Assembly: GCA_963714975.1 (NCBI GenBank)
Contig: CAVQQD010000001.1
Location: 192,001 to 256,000, forward strand
Source: an uncultured Gammaproteobacteria bacterium
GTDB taxonomy: Bacteria > Pseudomonadota > Gammaproteobacteria > JAURND01
Reading direction: 5' to 3'
Length of the DNA stretch: 64,000 nt
Shown: positions 40,743-49,680 of the stretch, piece after piece
Numbering within the stretch: the first letter of the stretch is position 1
Layout of the letters: each line of letters begins with the position of its first letter
Program-made: the position numbers and the translations under genes
The notes under the pieces: generated by a model
What the model was told of the DNA's origin: nothing
What the model saw: only the letters and a program-made list of their open reading frames with translations
Database searches by the model: none

Positions 40743-42050
40743 TCAGTGCGAGGAGCGAGGAAAATTTATAATAAATGTCGTTCCCTTCCCTAAAGTGCTT
40801 TCACATTTTATGCTTCCATTTAAAACCTGGGAAATCTGATTGTAGACAATATGTAACCCTAACCCAGTGCATCCGGCTTCCCGCTTGGTAGTGAAAAAAG
40901 GCTCAAAGATTTTTTGCAGATTTTGTGATGCAATACCTTTGCCGTTATCAGAATATTTAAGCTCTACTCCCCCATTGGTACTTGAAGCTTCAATATTAAG
41001 CGTGCCTGATTGACCTGGATCAAAGCCATGGATGATAGAATTCATAACCATTACCGTAATTGCCCGAAATATTACTCCAGGATAACCATAAACCAGCAAA
41101 TCTTCAGGGCATTCGATCATGGTTTTTAGGGCGGTATCTTTTAAAGCAGGGGCTAAACTAAAAATGATTTCCTCTAAATATTCTTTCAATGAAAACTGAC
41201 GACTTTGTTCTGTTACTTGGTCGACAGACACTTGCTTGAAATTGACAATGAGATCGACAGCTCTATTCAGGTTAATTTTTAATAACTCAATAGCTTCTTG
41301 GATTTTTGCAAAAAAATCAGTTAATTCCGATTTTTTTAAAAGATTTTGGGTGAAGGAACGATAAATAGGCTCCAAGGTTTCATTTAATTGGGTAACCGCT
41401 AAGACACTAATGCCTAAGGGAGTATTGACCTCGTGCGCAACACCAGCAACAAGGTTACCTAAAGAAGCCATTTTTTCTGATTCAATTAATTGCTTTTGGG
41501 TGCTTTTCAATGAATCAATGGTGGCCACAAGTTCATCATTAGCTTTGCGCAATTCTTCCGTTCTTAACTCGACTCTTTGCTCTAACTCAAGATTTAACTT
41601 TTTTAGCTCTTGCTGCGTTTTTTGCAAATCTATTTTCTTTTCTTGCAATTCGAAATAGTCACGGCTATTGCGGATGATATATCGCACGCGATGACCCAGT
41701 AGATCCCAGTTGATGGGCTTGGTAATGAAGTCAGTTGCTTTTACATTAAAAGCTCTATCAATTGAACTTACATCTTCGGAAGCCGTAGTAATTACTATAG
41801 GAACATGCTCACCACCAGGTAATTCTCGCAACTTGGCACAGGCAGTAAAACCATCCATGCCAGCCATAACCAGGTCAAGCAAGATTATGTCTGGCTTTGT
41901 TTCAGCAAATACTGTTAGCGCACTGGCGCCATCTTCTGCTTCATAAACGACAAATCCGGCAGATTCAAGAGCCGAACGCATCAGCAGCCGCATAGTGCGG
42001 CTATCATCAACCACCAGAGCAATATCTTTATCAAGGTTTTGATTTGACAT
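40743..42050 (-). CDS. Cytoplasmic hybrid REC-histidine kinase
   Basis: REC (VVDDS, LLD, TKP), coiled coil, H-box HEVNTPLG, DNGKG, FEPFFTTK, TGLGL. Confidence 0.92.
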   Translation of the reverse strand: MSNQNLDKDIALVVDDSRTMRLLMRSALESAGFVVYEAEDGASALTVFAETKPDIILLDLVMAGMDGFTACAKLRELPGGEHVPIVITTASEDVSSIDRAFNVKATDFITKPINWDLLGHRVRYIIRNSRDYFELQEKKIDLQKTQQELKKLNLELEQRVELRTEELRKANDELVATIDSLKSTQKQLIESEKMASLGNLVAGVAHEVNTPLGISVLAVTQLNETLEPIYRSFTQNLLKKSELTDFFAKIQEAIELLKINLNRAVDLIVNFKQVSVDQVTEQSRQFSLKEYLEEIIFSLAPALKDTALKTMIECPEDLLVYGYPGVIFRAITVMVMNSIIHGFDPGQSGTLNIEASSTNGGVELKYSDNGKGIASQNLQKIFEPFFTTKREAGCTGLGLHIVYNQISQVLNGSIKCESTLGKGTTFIINFPRSSH

Positions 42051-42070
42051 AATTGCAACGCTCTCACACC

Positions 42071-42192
42071 GTCGTCCCGCTCCCGCGACTTGATCGCGGG
42101 ATTGTCCGCGGGATCTAGGTAAAGGCCAATAGAAACTTCATTTCTGGAGTCCCGCGGACAATCCCGCGATCAAGTCGCGGGAGCGGGACGAC
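42071..42192. repeat. RPE-like palindrome with perfect 43-bp arms, each containing an internal palindrome
   Basis: 42071-42113 is the exact reverse complement of 42150-42192; nested tcccgcga-cttga-tcgcggga. Confidence 0.9.
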
Positions 42193-42312
42193 AAAGCTAA
42201 TTAAGCATAATCGAGTTTACCCGTTTGTCAAAGTCTTATTGACAAAATAGGAGGATAAGATTAGGGTTACTGGCATTAGTAGAGGAAGGAACCATGCTAA
42301 AAGGAACGCAAA

Positions 42313-44124
42313 ATGGATGATATGGAATTACTTTCTTCAGTAAAAGCTTGTGATCTGTTTGCTCATTTAACCGATGAAAAAATTTTTTCTATCCTACCTT
42401 TTTTTAAAAAAATCAGCCTCCTCGAAAGTGAAGTTTTATTTCAACAAGGCACAGAACCCGACGGTTTTTATGTGCTTGTTTCTGGTAAGCTAGTAAGCTC
42501 TTTAGAAACTCCCACAGCGGGAAAGAAAATTATTGGTATGGCTTACCCTGGTGAAACCATAGGCGAATTAGGGGTGATTTCCGGAGAACCGCGCAGCTTG
42601 ACGGTTTCAGCATTGACCGACTCTGAGCTATGGAAACTTTCCGCTGAAGCTTTTTTTCGGATTACCACAGAAAATCCAGATATTTCATCGCAAATAATGC
42701 AGGTTATCACCAAAAGATCCCTGAAAACTCTTAAATTAATTGCTAGTACTAATAAAGCAAAATTCCTAGTATTTTTCAAAGGAAACGAACTGATACCTAT
42801 AGAACAGTTAAAGGAATTTATTCAAACGCAATCCGCTGAAAAGAAAATTGAATTTTGGGATGAAGAATCTTTATCGGCAGAGAAAGTAAGCCGAGTTATT
42901 GAAAGTTCAAGCTATGATGACTATATCATCGTTACTTTAATTACCAATATTAATGCGTTGGTTTTTCAATTAATAGAAAAACAATCCCTCTACTTTTACC
43001 TAATAATACAAAACAACTTGCCAATTACCTTAACTACTCAAATTCAACAAATTTTAAATTATGCCCGAAAAAATAACATTAGAGTAGAACTCATAATATT
43101 GCGAGACAATTTTCAACCAACAGAGCTAAGCACTGAAAAATGGTTGAATCTAGCAGATTTTTGGTTTTATCATAACTTGAACATCCATGACACTACTAGC
43201 TTACAACGTTTTTGGCGCTTTATCCTTGGAAAACCCAACGCCTTAGTTCTTGGTGGCGGAGGAGTAAGAGGATATTGCCATTTTGGCGTCATCAAAGCGT
43301 TGCTAGAACATAATATTCCTATTGATATTATTGGCGGAACTAGTGTTGGCGCTATTGTGGGAGGCCTTTATGCTTTTACCTTGGATTACGCCAAAGCATT
43401 AGAGATTTTTAGCCAAGGAACCGACCTTATCGCAAGCACAGTCTCATTTAAAAATATTACTTTACCTTTAGTGTCTATTTTTAGCGGCAATCCTTTAAAC
43501 GATTTTAACCGAGAAATATTTGGTTCAACCCGAATTGAAAATTTATCCTTGCCATTTTTTTGTGTCTCTGCAAATCTTTCTTCTAAAAGTGAGTATATGC
43601 ATAAATCAGGTTTGCTTTGGCAGGCTGTGCGCAGTAGCTCCTCCATTCCTGGTTTATGGCCACCCGTGCTGCTTAACGGCGATGTACATTTCGATGGTGG
43701 CTTGTTGAATCAACTGCCAGTGGATGCCATGCGTGCATTGCTAGGCCCCAATGCAAAAATTATTGCCTCTCAAGCTTCCGTCACTAAACAGGATTATATC
43801 TATTACAATTTCCCTTCCACAATTAGTTTAAAAGAGGCGTTGCTATATAAGCTAGGATTTAAAAAAAATCAGTATAACTACCCTCCTTTCTTAGAAATTT
43901 TTTTATCAGCCATATTTTTGGGAGCTTCACATGTCGAAGAAAAAAATAGTGCTTTGTGCGATATTCATATTAAGCCCGATCTTACCGATTTTGGTAGATT
44001 TAAGTTAAATCCTGGGCAGGCAGAGCAATTAATTAATATTGGCTACGAATACACAAACAAGTTTTTGCAGAATAAAGAGGAATTATTTAGCAAAAACCAC
44101 CAGGGTTTGTTTACAATTCGCTAG
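42313..44124 (+). CDS. Cyclic-nucleotide-binding patatin-like phospholipase (NTE-like)
   Basis: CNBD with GETIGELGVISGEPRS; patatin GGGGVRG, GTSVG, DGG all intact. Confidence 0.92.
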   Translation: MDDMELLSSVKACDLFAHLTDEKIFSILPFFKKISLLESEVLFQQGTEPDGFYVLVSGKLVSSLETPTAGKKIIGMAYPGETIGELGVISGEPRSLTVSALTDSELWKLSAEAFFRITTENPDISSQIMQVITKRSLKTLKLIASTNKAKFLVFFKGNELIPIEQLKEFIQTQSAEKKIEFWDEESLSAEKVSRVIESSSYDDYIIVTLITNINALVFQLIEKQSLYFYLIIQNNLPITLTTQIQQILNYARKNNIRVELIILRDNFQPTELSTEKWLNLADFWFYHNLNIHDTTSLQRFWRFILGKPNALVLGGGGVRGYCHFGVIKALLEHNIPIDIIGGTSVGAIVGGLYAFTLDYAKALEIFSQGTDLIASTVSFKNITLPLVSIFSGNPLNDFNREIFGSTRIENLSLPFFCVSANLSSKSEYMHKSGLLWQAVRSSSSIPGLWPPVLLNGDVHFDGGLLNQLPVDAMRALLGPNAKIIASQASVTKQDYIYYNFPSTISLKEALLYKLGFKKNQYNYPPFLEIFLSAIFLGASHVEEKNSALCDIHIKPDLTDFGRFKLNPGQAEQLINIGYEYTNKFLQNKEELFSKNHQGLFTIR

Positions 44125-44221
44125 GCTTGAGCAGAAATCATTGAATTCTGAGCACCGTAGCGCAGTTTACGTGGGTGTAAATGAGCAACGGAGCACAAGA
44201 AATCAATGATTTATGCCAAGC
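44125..44221. repeat. Imperfect ~97-bp palindromic element between convergent genes
   Basis: gcttg..aaatcattga / tcaatgattt..caagc arms, central tttac-gtgggt-gtaaa. Confidence 0.7.
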
Positions 44222-44243
44222 ATAGTAGAATTGTAAATAAACC

Positions 44244-45011
44244 CTAAAATGTAAACTCCTGACCACGCCTAACAAATCCCAAAAAACCATAAGCTTTGGC
44301 ATCTGGTAAATCAGCGGCATCATAGTGATATAACCACATTTTAGATTTTATGTCCGAATCTAAGGTGATTAATTGGTCAAAATGAGCATGAAGCCCACTG
44401 GCAGGCGTGGTTAATTCGCAATCTTGAAAAATAATATCCACAGTACGGTAAAAATCAATTAGCTGCTTAGGAGCAAGTTGGGTATCCGTCGTGATAAAAA
44501 TTTTAGTCTGTTTAATATTAAAAATTAACCCATGGCTGGATATTAAAGAATAACCGGACATGGCATGAATGGTTTGTACAGTTTGAAAACTAATATTCTG
44601 CCATTGGAAGATGCCGTTTTTAGATATTGCATGCAGATTAAAAAAACTGCTTAATGAGGCTTGTTCTATCTGCAATGTACTCAAGCCTGCTGAAAGGGCT
44701 TTTTCCCATAAGTCATTAACTAATTCAGAGCTAATATATAAATTGGGTTTTTTGCAGTTAACATCAAACTTAGTGCTAAATGCTAGCCATTCGAGACCGC
44801 CGATATGATCCGCGTGTAAATGACTAATATAAACATCAGTAATATCGCGGTAAGAATAATGCAATCTAGCTAAGGCATGTCGGGCATCAGAGCCGCAGTC
44901 AATCAGCAATTTCTCCGGTATGTTTTCATCCAAAAGTAACATATTGGACTGATAGTTATCATTGAGCGTGAAGGCTGAGCCTGAACCAATGAAGATGAGT
45001 TTCATGTCCAA
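44244..45011 (-). CDS. MBL-fold metallohydrolase, Apyc1-like cyclic nucleotide phosphodiesterase
   Basis: GSGSAF, LLIDCG, SHLHADHIGGLE, LWEKALSAGL, FQDCE...GLHA, WLYHY parallel the Apyc1 motifs as recalled. Confidence 0.78.
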   Translation of the reverse strand: MDMKLIFIGSGSAFTLNDNYQSNMLLLDENIPEKLLIDCGSDARHALARLHYSYRDITDVYISHLHADHIGGLEWLAFSTKFDVNCKKPNLYISSELVNDLWEKALSAGLSTLQIEQASLSSFFNLHAISKNGIFQWQNISFQTVQTIHAMSGYSLISSHGLIFNIKQTKIFITTDTQLAPKQLIDFYRTVDIIFQDCELTTPASGLHAHFDQLITLDSDIKSKMWLYHYDAADLPDAKAYGFLGFVRRGQEFTF

Positions 45012-45036
45012 TCCTATAGTTAGTATCGCCGGTGAC

Positions 45037-45603
45037 TCACCGCACTAAAATTTCAATTCGGCGATTAGCGGCACTACCATCAACAGTTTTGTTACTGGCT
45101 ACAGGTTCAGTGTCGCCACAACCAATGATCTTGATGTTTCCTAAAAGGATGCCCTGAGACCATAAATAGGCCGCGATAGTATTAGCTTGCTGATAAGATC
45201 TGGCAAATTTCGAACGGTCTGACCCCACTTCATCAGTATGTCCAACCACAATAACTCGATGATAACCATGCAGCCGAATTAAAGCAGCAATACCATCTAG
45301 GGTCATCACACGATGCTGGGCAATTAGCAGCGAACTGCGGTATCGGAAAAATCGATCTACACCGATGATGATATCCAATTGATCACCCCGCATATTTATT
45401 TCCACTCCATCAGCCTCAAGTTTGGCGATAAGATCACGCAGGTACATTCTAGGGGTATAGCAACCATTTCCCTTACAGACGGTTTTAGGTAGGCAAAAGC
45501 CATTAAGACAAGGCGCGGTTACAACTAGCGGGTCTGAGGCAAGTGTGGGAAGAGCTAAACCCAGCAAGCAAAAAACGCTCATTACTTTAAGCAACCGGCG
45601 CAT
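45037..45603 (-). CDS. OmpA-family protein, DotK/IcmN-like
   Basis: GDQLDIIIGVDRFF, GHTDEVGS, AAYLWSQGI, SAANRRIEI. Confidence 0.75.
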   Translation of the reverse strand: MRRLLKVMSVFCLLGLALPTLASDPLVVTAPCLNGFCLPKTVCKGNGCYTPRMYLRDLIAKLEADGVEINMRGDQLDIIIGVDRFFRYRSSLLIAQHRVMTLDGIAALIRLHGYHRVIVVGHTDEVGSDRSKFARSYQQANTIAAYLWSQGILLGNIKIIGCGDTEPVASNKTVDGSAANRRIEILVR

Positions 45604-45626
45604 ATTCCTATCCCTCTTTACCCTAT

Positions 45627-45653
45627 AAAAAAGGCGCCTTCTTGACGCCTTTT
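45627..45653. terminator. Intrinsic terminator downstream of the cold-shock gene
   Basis: aaaaaaggcg-ccttcttga-cgcctttt. Confidence 0.7.
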
Positions 45654-45670
45654 GGTACTACAAAATTTGA

Positions 45671-45889
45671 TTAATCGTCAGCGGGAGTTACCTCTTCTGC
45701 TTGCCAACCCTTTGGCCCTCGCACTGCTTTAAATGTAACCTTTTGACCGTCTGTTAAAGAACGATGGCCCTGTCCTTGAATTTGGCTAAAGTGGACAAAC
45801 ACATCATCGCCACTAGCACGCGCAATAAAACCAAAACCTTTGGCATTGTTAAACCACTTAACAGTACCCGTTTCACGAACATCTGACAT
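45671..45889 (-). CDS. Cold-shock protein
   Basis: [22 protein letters not shown]; ATG 45889 preceded by GAGG. Confidence 0.95.
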   Translation of the reverse strand: MSDVRETGTVKWFNNAKGFGFIARASGDDVFVHFSQIQGQGHRSLTDGQKVTFKAVRGPKGWQAEEVTPADD

Positions 45890-46050
45890 AAAAAAACCTC
45901 TTAAAAAATAAAAATTCAAACCTTGCGCTTTAGCCAAAAACCACAGAAAATAGCAGCTTCTTTAAAACGCGTAAGTGGGCAAAAGCCATACAGCCCCTTC
46001 CCACCGGTAGCATTATCCTACATTTTCATGGGATTTGTCCAGCAAAAATT

Positions 46051-46866
46051 ATGCATACATCAACTATTGGCGTTTTTGATTCAGGGGTAGGAGGCCTTAC
46101 CGCCCTAAGTAAGCTAGTGGAGCTGCTTCCTTCCTGCAATTTACTTTACCTAGGAGATACGGCGCGTGTGCCATACGGCAATCGCTCGCCCCTGACCATT
46201 GAGTACTATGCCAGGGAGTGCGTGGAATTTCTCTTAAAGCAATCAGTAGAATTGATATTAGTGGCCTGTAATACTATTTCGTCCGTGGCATTGCCGAAAA
46301 TCGAGCAAATATCTTCAGTCCCCGTGGTGGGAGTAATAGACCCAGCCGCTGCAGCCGCCTTAAAATATAGTGATCAGGGCGCAATCGGTATTATTGGTAC
46401 CAGAGCTACGATTACAGCCCAAGCCTATGAACAAGCTATACGTCGGCTAGCAGGACCTGAACGCCGCTTGGCGCTCTATTCTCAAGCTTGCCCCTTGTTT
46501 GTGCCACTGGTGGAAGAAGGCTTCCAGGATCATGCGGCAACTTATGCTATTGCTAAAGAATACTTGCTCCCCTTGCAACAAACCAACATTCAATCATTAA
46601 TTTTAGGGTGCACGCATTATCCTTTACTAAAAAAGGTCATTAGCGATATTATGCCGGAGGTACGTTTGATTGATTCAGGAGAGGAGGCGGCTTTACAAAT
46701 TGTGCAAAAACTTGCGGGAATCGCTGCGGGACAAGAAACATTAGTTGCAGGAAAACGCTCGATTGAGTGTTATGTCACCGATGTAACCCCAACCTTTCTG
46801 CGCCTAGCTCAGCATTTCCTCGGAGTGGCGCCTGATAAGGTGCACCAGGTGTCGATTTCCCAATAA
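46051..46866 (+). CDS. murI: Glutamate racemase
   Basis: FDSGVGGL, ACNT, LGCTHYP. Confidence 0.95.
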   Translation: MHTSTIGVFDSGVGGLTALSKLVELLPSCNLLYLGDTARVPYGNRSPLTIEYYARECVEFLLKQSVELILVACNTISSVALPKIEQISSVPVVGVIDPAAAAALKYSDQGAIGIIGTRATITAQAYEQAIRRLAGPERRLALYSQACPLFVPLVEEGFQDHAATYAIAKEYLLPLQQTNIQSLILGCTHYPLLKKVISDIMPEVRLIDSGEEAALQIVQKLAGIAAGQETLVAGKRSIECYVTDVTPTFLRLAQHFLGVAPDKVHQVSISQ

Positions 46867-46917
46867 ATTCGTTTTCCCCTTGTGGGAGCAGGAAAACAGT
46901 TGCTATGAGAGTGACGC

Positions 46918-47553
46918 ATGAAAGAAAAATTCATTGAGTTTGCCCTGGAAAATAAAGCCCTGCTTTTTGGTGAGTATAAGTTAAATAGCGGTCGAGTGAG
47001 CCCGTATTTTTTTAATGCCGGTTGTTTTAACACTGGAGCGGCGGTAGCGCGCCTCGGGCAGTTTTATGCCGATACCATTGCAAAATCTGGCCTGGCATTT
47101 GATATTCTATTCGGCCCTGCTTACAAGGGCATCACCTTGGTAACCAGTGTTGCCATTGCCCTAGCGGAACATTTTGGCATTAATAAACCCTACTGTTTTA
47201 ATCGCAAAGAGCCCAAGGACCATGGCGAAGGTGGGCTTATGGTCGGCGCACCGCTGCAAGGTCGAGTGCTGATTATTGATGACGTGGTGAGTACCGGACT
47301 CACCATGCAGAAAACCATGGATCTCATTCATAATGCAGGCGCCACGGTAGTAGGCCTGATTATTTCATTGGATCGACAAGAACGAGGCTTGAATCATCTT
47401 TCAGCCGTGCAAGAAGTCAAAAAAAAATATCAAATTCCTGTAATTAATGTGATAGACTTACAAAACTTGATGGATTATTTACAGGGCCAGGGATCTTTCC
47501 AGCAATTAGAGCTAATGCAAAATTATCAGAATCAGTATGGGGTTAATGTTTAA
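46918..47553 (+). CDS. pyrE: Orotate phosphoribosyltransferase
   Basis: SGRVSPYFFNAG, FGPAYKGI, NRKEPKDHGEGG, IIDDVVSTG. Confidence 0.96.
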   Translation: MKEKFIEFALENKALLFGEYKLNSGRVSPYFFNAGCFNTGAAVARLGQFYADTIAKSGLAFDILFGPAYKGITLVTSVAIALAEHFGINKPYCFNRKEPKDHGEGGLMVGAPLQGRVLIIDDVVSTGLTMQKTMDLIHNAGATVVGLIISLDRQERGLNHLSAVQEVKKKYQIPVINVIDLQNLMDYLQGQGSFQQLELMQNYQNQYGVNV

Positions 47554-47559
47554 GCAATA

Positions 47560-47765
47560 TAACTATTCACCACCTTTGTGCGTAAAAATCCTTCTCCCCT
47601 TGTGGGAGAAGGTGCCCGAAAGGGCGGATGAGGGGTAAACTTGAAACCATCAAGAAGCATTTTATTAGCTAAATGCTAACTGTTGCTTACCCCTCACCCG
47701 CGCACCTTACGGCGCGGCGGCCTCTCCCACAAGGGGAGAGAGGCAAAATCGTGGTGAATAGCTAC
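47560..47765. mobile_element. ~205-bp MITE/REPIN-like element, copy 1
   Basis: Terminal inverted repeats taactattcaccac / gtggtgaatagcta enclosing two inverted family A REP units. Confidence 0.8.
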
Positions 47766-47800
47766 ATAAGTAATTACTATTAATTTAGAGGATTAATATT

Positions 47801-48232
47801 ATGTCAGCACAACCAATAAACCGCAGAGATCCAAATCGTTGGAATGAAGGTCTAACAGCCGCGCAAGAAAAACATATCAAGGCGATGGCCAATCAACCCG
47901 GGATGGGTAGCGCCGTGGGATCTCTATTGCTACTGTTAGGAGGTGGCGCCGCGAGTGCTACTGGAGGAGGAGCAGCACCAGTCTTGCCAAGAACAACAGA
48001 GTTAACTCTAGAAGTTGTTGGAGCAGCATGTGCAGTATTAGGACTCATATGGGCCCTCTGTGCTTACTATAAGCTTCGACGTGCTGAGGCAGCCGAACAC
48101 TTTTTTCTACCAGGCCATAACAATAGAATAGATCAACAAGGTAATCAAATTAACATTACACAAGCGGTGGAGGGTTATGAAAAGGCCCAAAAGGCCACAA
48201 GCTGCTGGACGGGGGAATCTGCCCATCCATAG
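47801..48232 (+). CDS. Small unknown membrane protein, paralog A
   Basis: AGAGG RBS; RWNEGLT, PGMG, RTTE + TM, EGYEKAQK..SC. Confidence 0.7.
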   Translation: MSAQPINRRDPNRWNEGLTAAQEKHIKAMANQPGMGSAVGSLLLLLGGGAASATGGGAAPVLPRTTELTLEVVGAACAVLGLIWALCAYYKLRRAEAAEHFFLPGHNNRIDQQGNQINITQAVEGYEKAQKATSCWTGESAHP

Positions 48233-48255
48233 GTGGCAATTAGGTGGGGAAAATT

Positions 48256-48463
48256 GTAATCATTCACACCACCTTTGTGTGCAAAAATCCTTCTCCCCTT
48301 GTGGGAGAAGGTGCCCGAAAGGGCGGATGAGGGGTAAGCTTGAAAACAGCAAGAAGCATTTTATTAGCTAAATGCTAACCGTTGCTTACCCCTCACCCGC
48401 GCGCCTTACGGCGCGGCGGCCTCTCCCACAAGGGGGAGAGGCAAAGTCGTGGTGAATAGTTAC
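48256..48463. mobile_element. ~205-bp MITE/REPIN-like element, copy 2
   Basis: Near-identical to 47560-47765, same orientation; ends ggtgaatagttac. Confidence 0.8.
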
Positions 48464-48503
48464 GGAAAATTTTTTTATACGCACAATAATTAAGAGGCAC
48501 ATA

Positions 48504-48926
48504 ATGTCAAACAACAAAAAGGAGCAGGTGAAGACGTGGAATACAAACATAACTGAAGAGCAACGGCGTCACGTCATGGACATAGTCCATAGTCCCGGCT
48601 TGGGCACTGTCCTAGAAGTTGGAATTCTGGTTACAGCGGGCAGCCTTTTGATTGACGACGCGCGAGGGCGTGGACCCTTCAACATCGCTGAGCATATTCC
48701 TCCTAATTTATATGAGATTGACACACGGACGATGGAGTACGCTGCCGGAGGAATGCTTTTGGTATTAGGCGTCCTGCTTGCTTTATGGGCTGGTTATAAA
48801 TATGGGGATGCCAGCTTAAAATATGATGCGGTGAAAAAGCAATTAGAGGACGGCGGAGAGACTAACATTAAGGATGAGTTAAGAATATATAAGGAATTTG
48901 CGACCACACCCTGGTGCTGTTGTTAA
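48504..48926 (+). CDS. Small unknown membrane protein, paralog B (ends WCCC)
   Basis: AGAGG RBS; TWNTNIT, PGLG, AGSLLI, RTMEY..GGMLL. Confidence 0.7.
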   Translation: MSNNKKEQVKTWNTNITEEQRRHVMDIVHSPGLGTVLEVGILVTAGSLLIDDARGRGPFNIAEHIPPNLYEIDTRTMEYAAGGMLLVLGVLLALWAGYKYGDASLKYDAVKKQLEDGGETNIKDELRIYKEFATTPWCCC

Positions 48927-48930
48927 GCTG

Positions 48931-48992
48931 CGATTTTGCCTCCCGGGGTAAGGGGAGAAGGATTTTTACGCACAAGGAGGGTGGATGATTAT
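48931..48992. mobile_element. Inverted, internally deleted copy of the MITE-like element
   Basis: Reverse complement joins the left end (ttgtgcgtaaaaatccttctcccctt) to the right end (gaggcaaaatcg). Confidence 0.7.
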
Positions 48993-49022
48993 ATATTTTT
49001 AAGATAACAAGAGGATTTAGCT

Positions 49023-49496
49023 ATGAGTAGCCAGCGCCAGTATCGCCAACAACCCGATGATCTATATGATCACTACAAAAATGCAGACCGTTGGAAAATC
49101 AACCTTAATGCGTCTAAACGAGATGCTTTTGCAGCTATAGCTGATAAGCCCACCAAGGGTACTGGCATCTATATTTTGGCTTTCTTTGCAGCAGGTAGTC
49201 TGTTAATTGCTGACGGAAAGTTAGATTTAAGCACCCTGGGGTTACCCGTCAGCACTCATACGTGGTTAGAGCCCAGGACAGAAATAGTAGACTACTCCGT
49301 GGGAGGAATGCTGCTCTTAATAGGCCTCTTGGCAGCTGGATATGCCTGGTTGAGGCAAAGAGCAGGTAATGCAAGTTATCAATCTTTGACGGAAAACCGA
49401 GATAACAATCAGCCCATGCAAGCAGCAGAAGTTGCGGCCAGGCTAGAGGGTTATAAAGCTTCACAAAAATGCGCTTGCTTTGGTGGAGGGGACTAA
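49023..49496 (+). CDS. Small unknown membrane protein, paralog C
   Basis: AGAGG RBS; RWKINLN, AGSLLI, RTEI..GGMLL, EGYKASQKCAC. Confidence 0.7.
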   Translation: MSSQRQYRQQPDDLYDHYKNADRWKINLNASKRDAFAAIADKPTKGTGIYILAFFAAGSLLIADGKLDLSTLGLPVSTHTWLEPRTEIVDYSVGGMLLLIGLLAAGYAWLRQRAGNASYQSLTENRDNNQPMQAAEVAARLEGYKASQKCACFGGGD

Positions 49497-49523
49497 GTGC
49501 AAAGGGACCGCTTGAACTAGCAT

Positions 49524-49665
49524 CCCCTCTCCCTAACCCTCTCCCACCAACAAAAACGATTGGGGGAGAGGGGACTTAAGGCGGGGATGGTGTTTCAAAA
49601 CACTGAAAGCCATTTCAAACACCCTCATCCGGCCTACGGCCACCTTCTCCCACAAGGGGAGAAGG
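49524..49665. repeat. Two family A REP-like units
   Basis: cccctctccctaaccctctccc...gggagaggg and ccctcatccggcctacggccaccttctcccacaaggggagaagg. Confidence 0.8.
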
Positions 49666-49680
49666 AATAATGTCGTAGGT

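Noticed and set aside
39385-44124. Canonical Pycsar or CBASS system
   Set aside because: The cyclase has purine-type specificity residues and a REC input, is not directly adjacent to the effector, and there is no CD-NTase, PycTM or PycTIR.
47560-49665. Integron cassette array
   Set aside because: No integrase in the window, the repeats show no clear attC core sites, and the ORFs are paralogs rather than unrelated cassettes.
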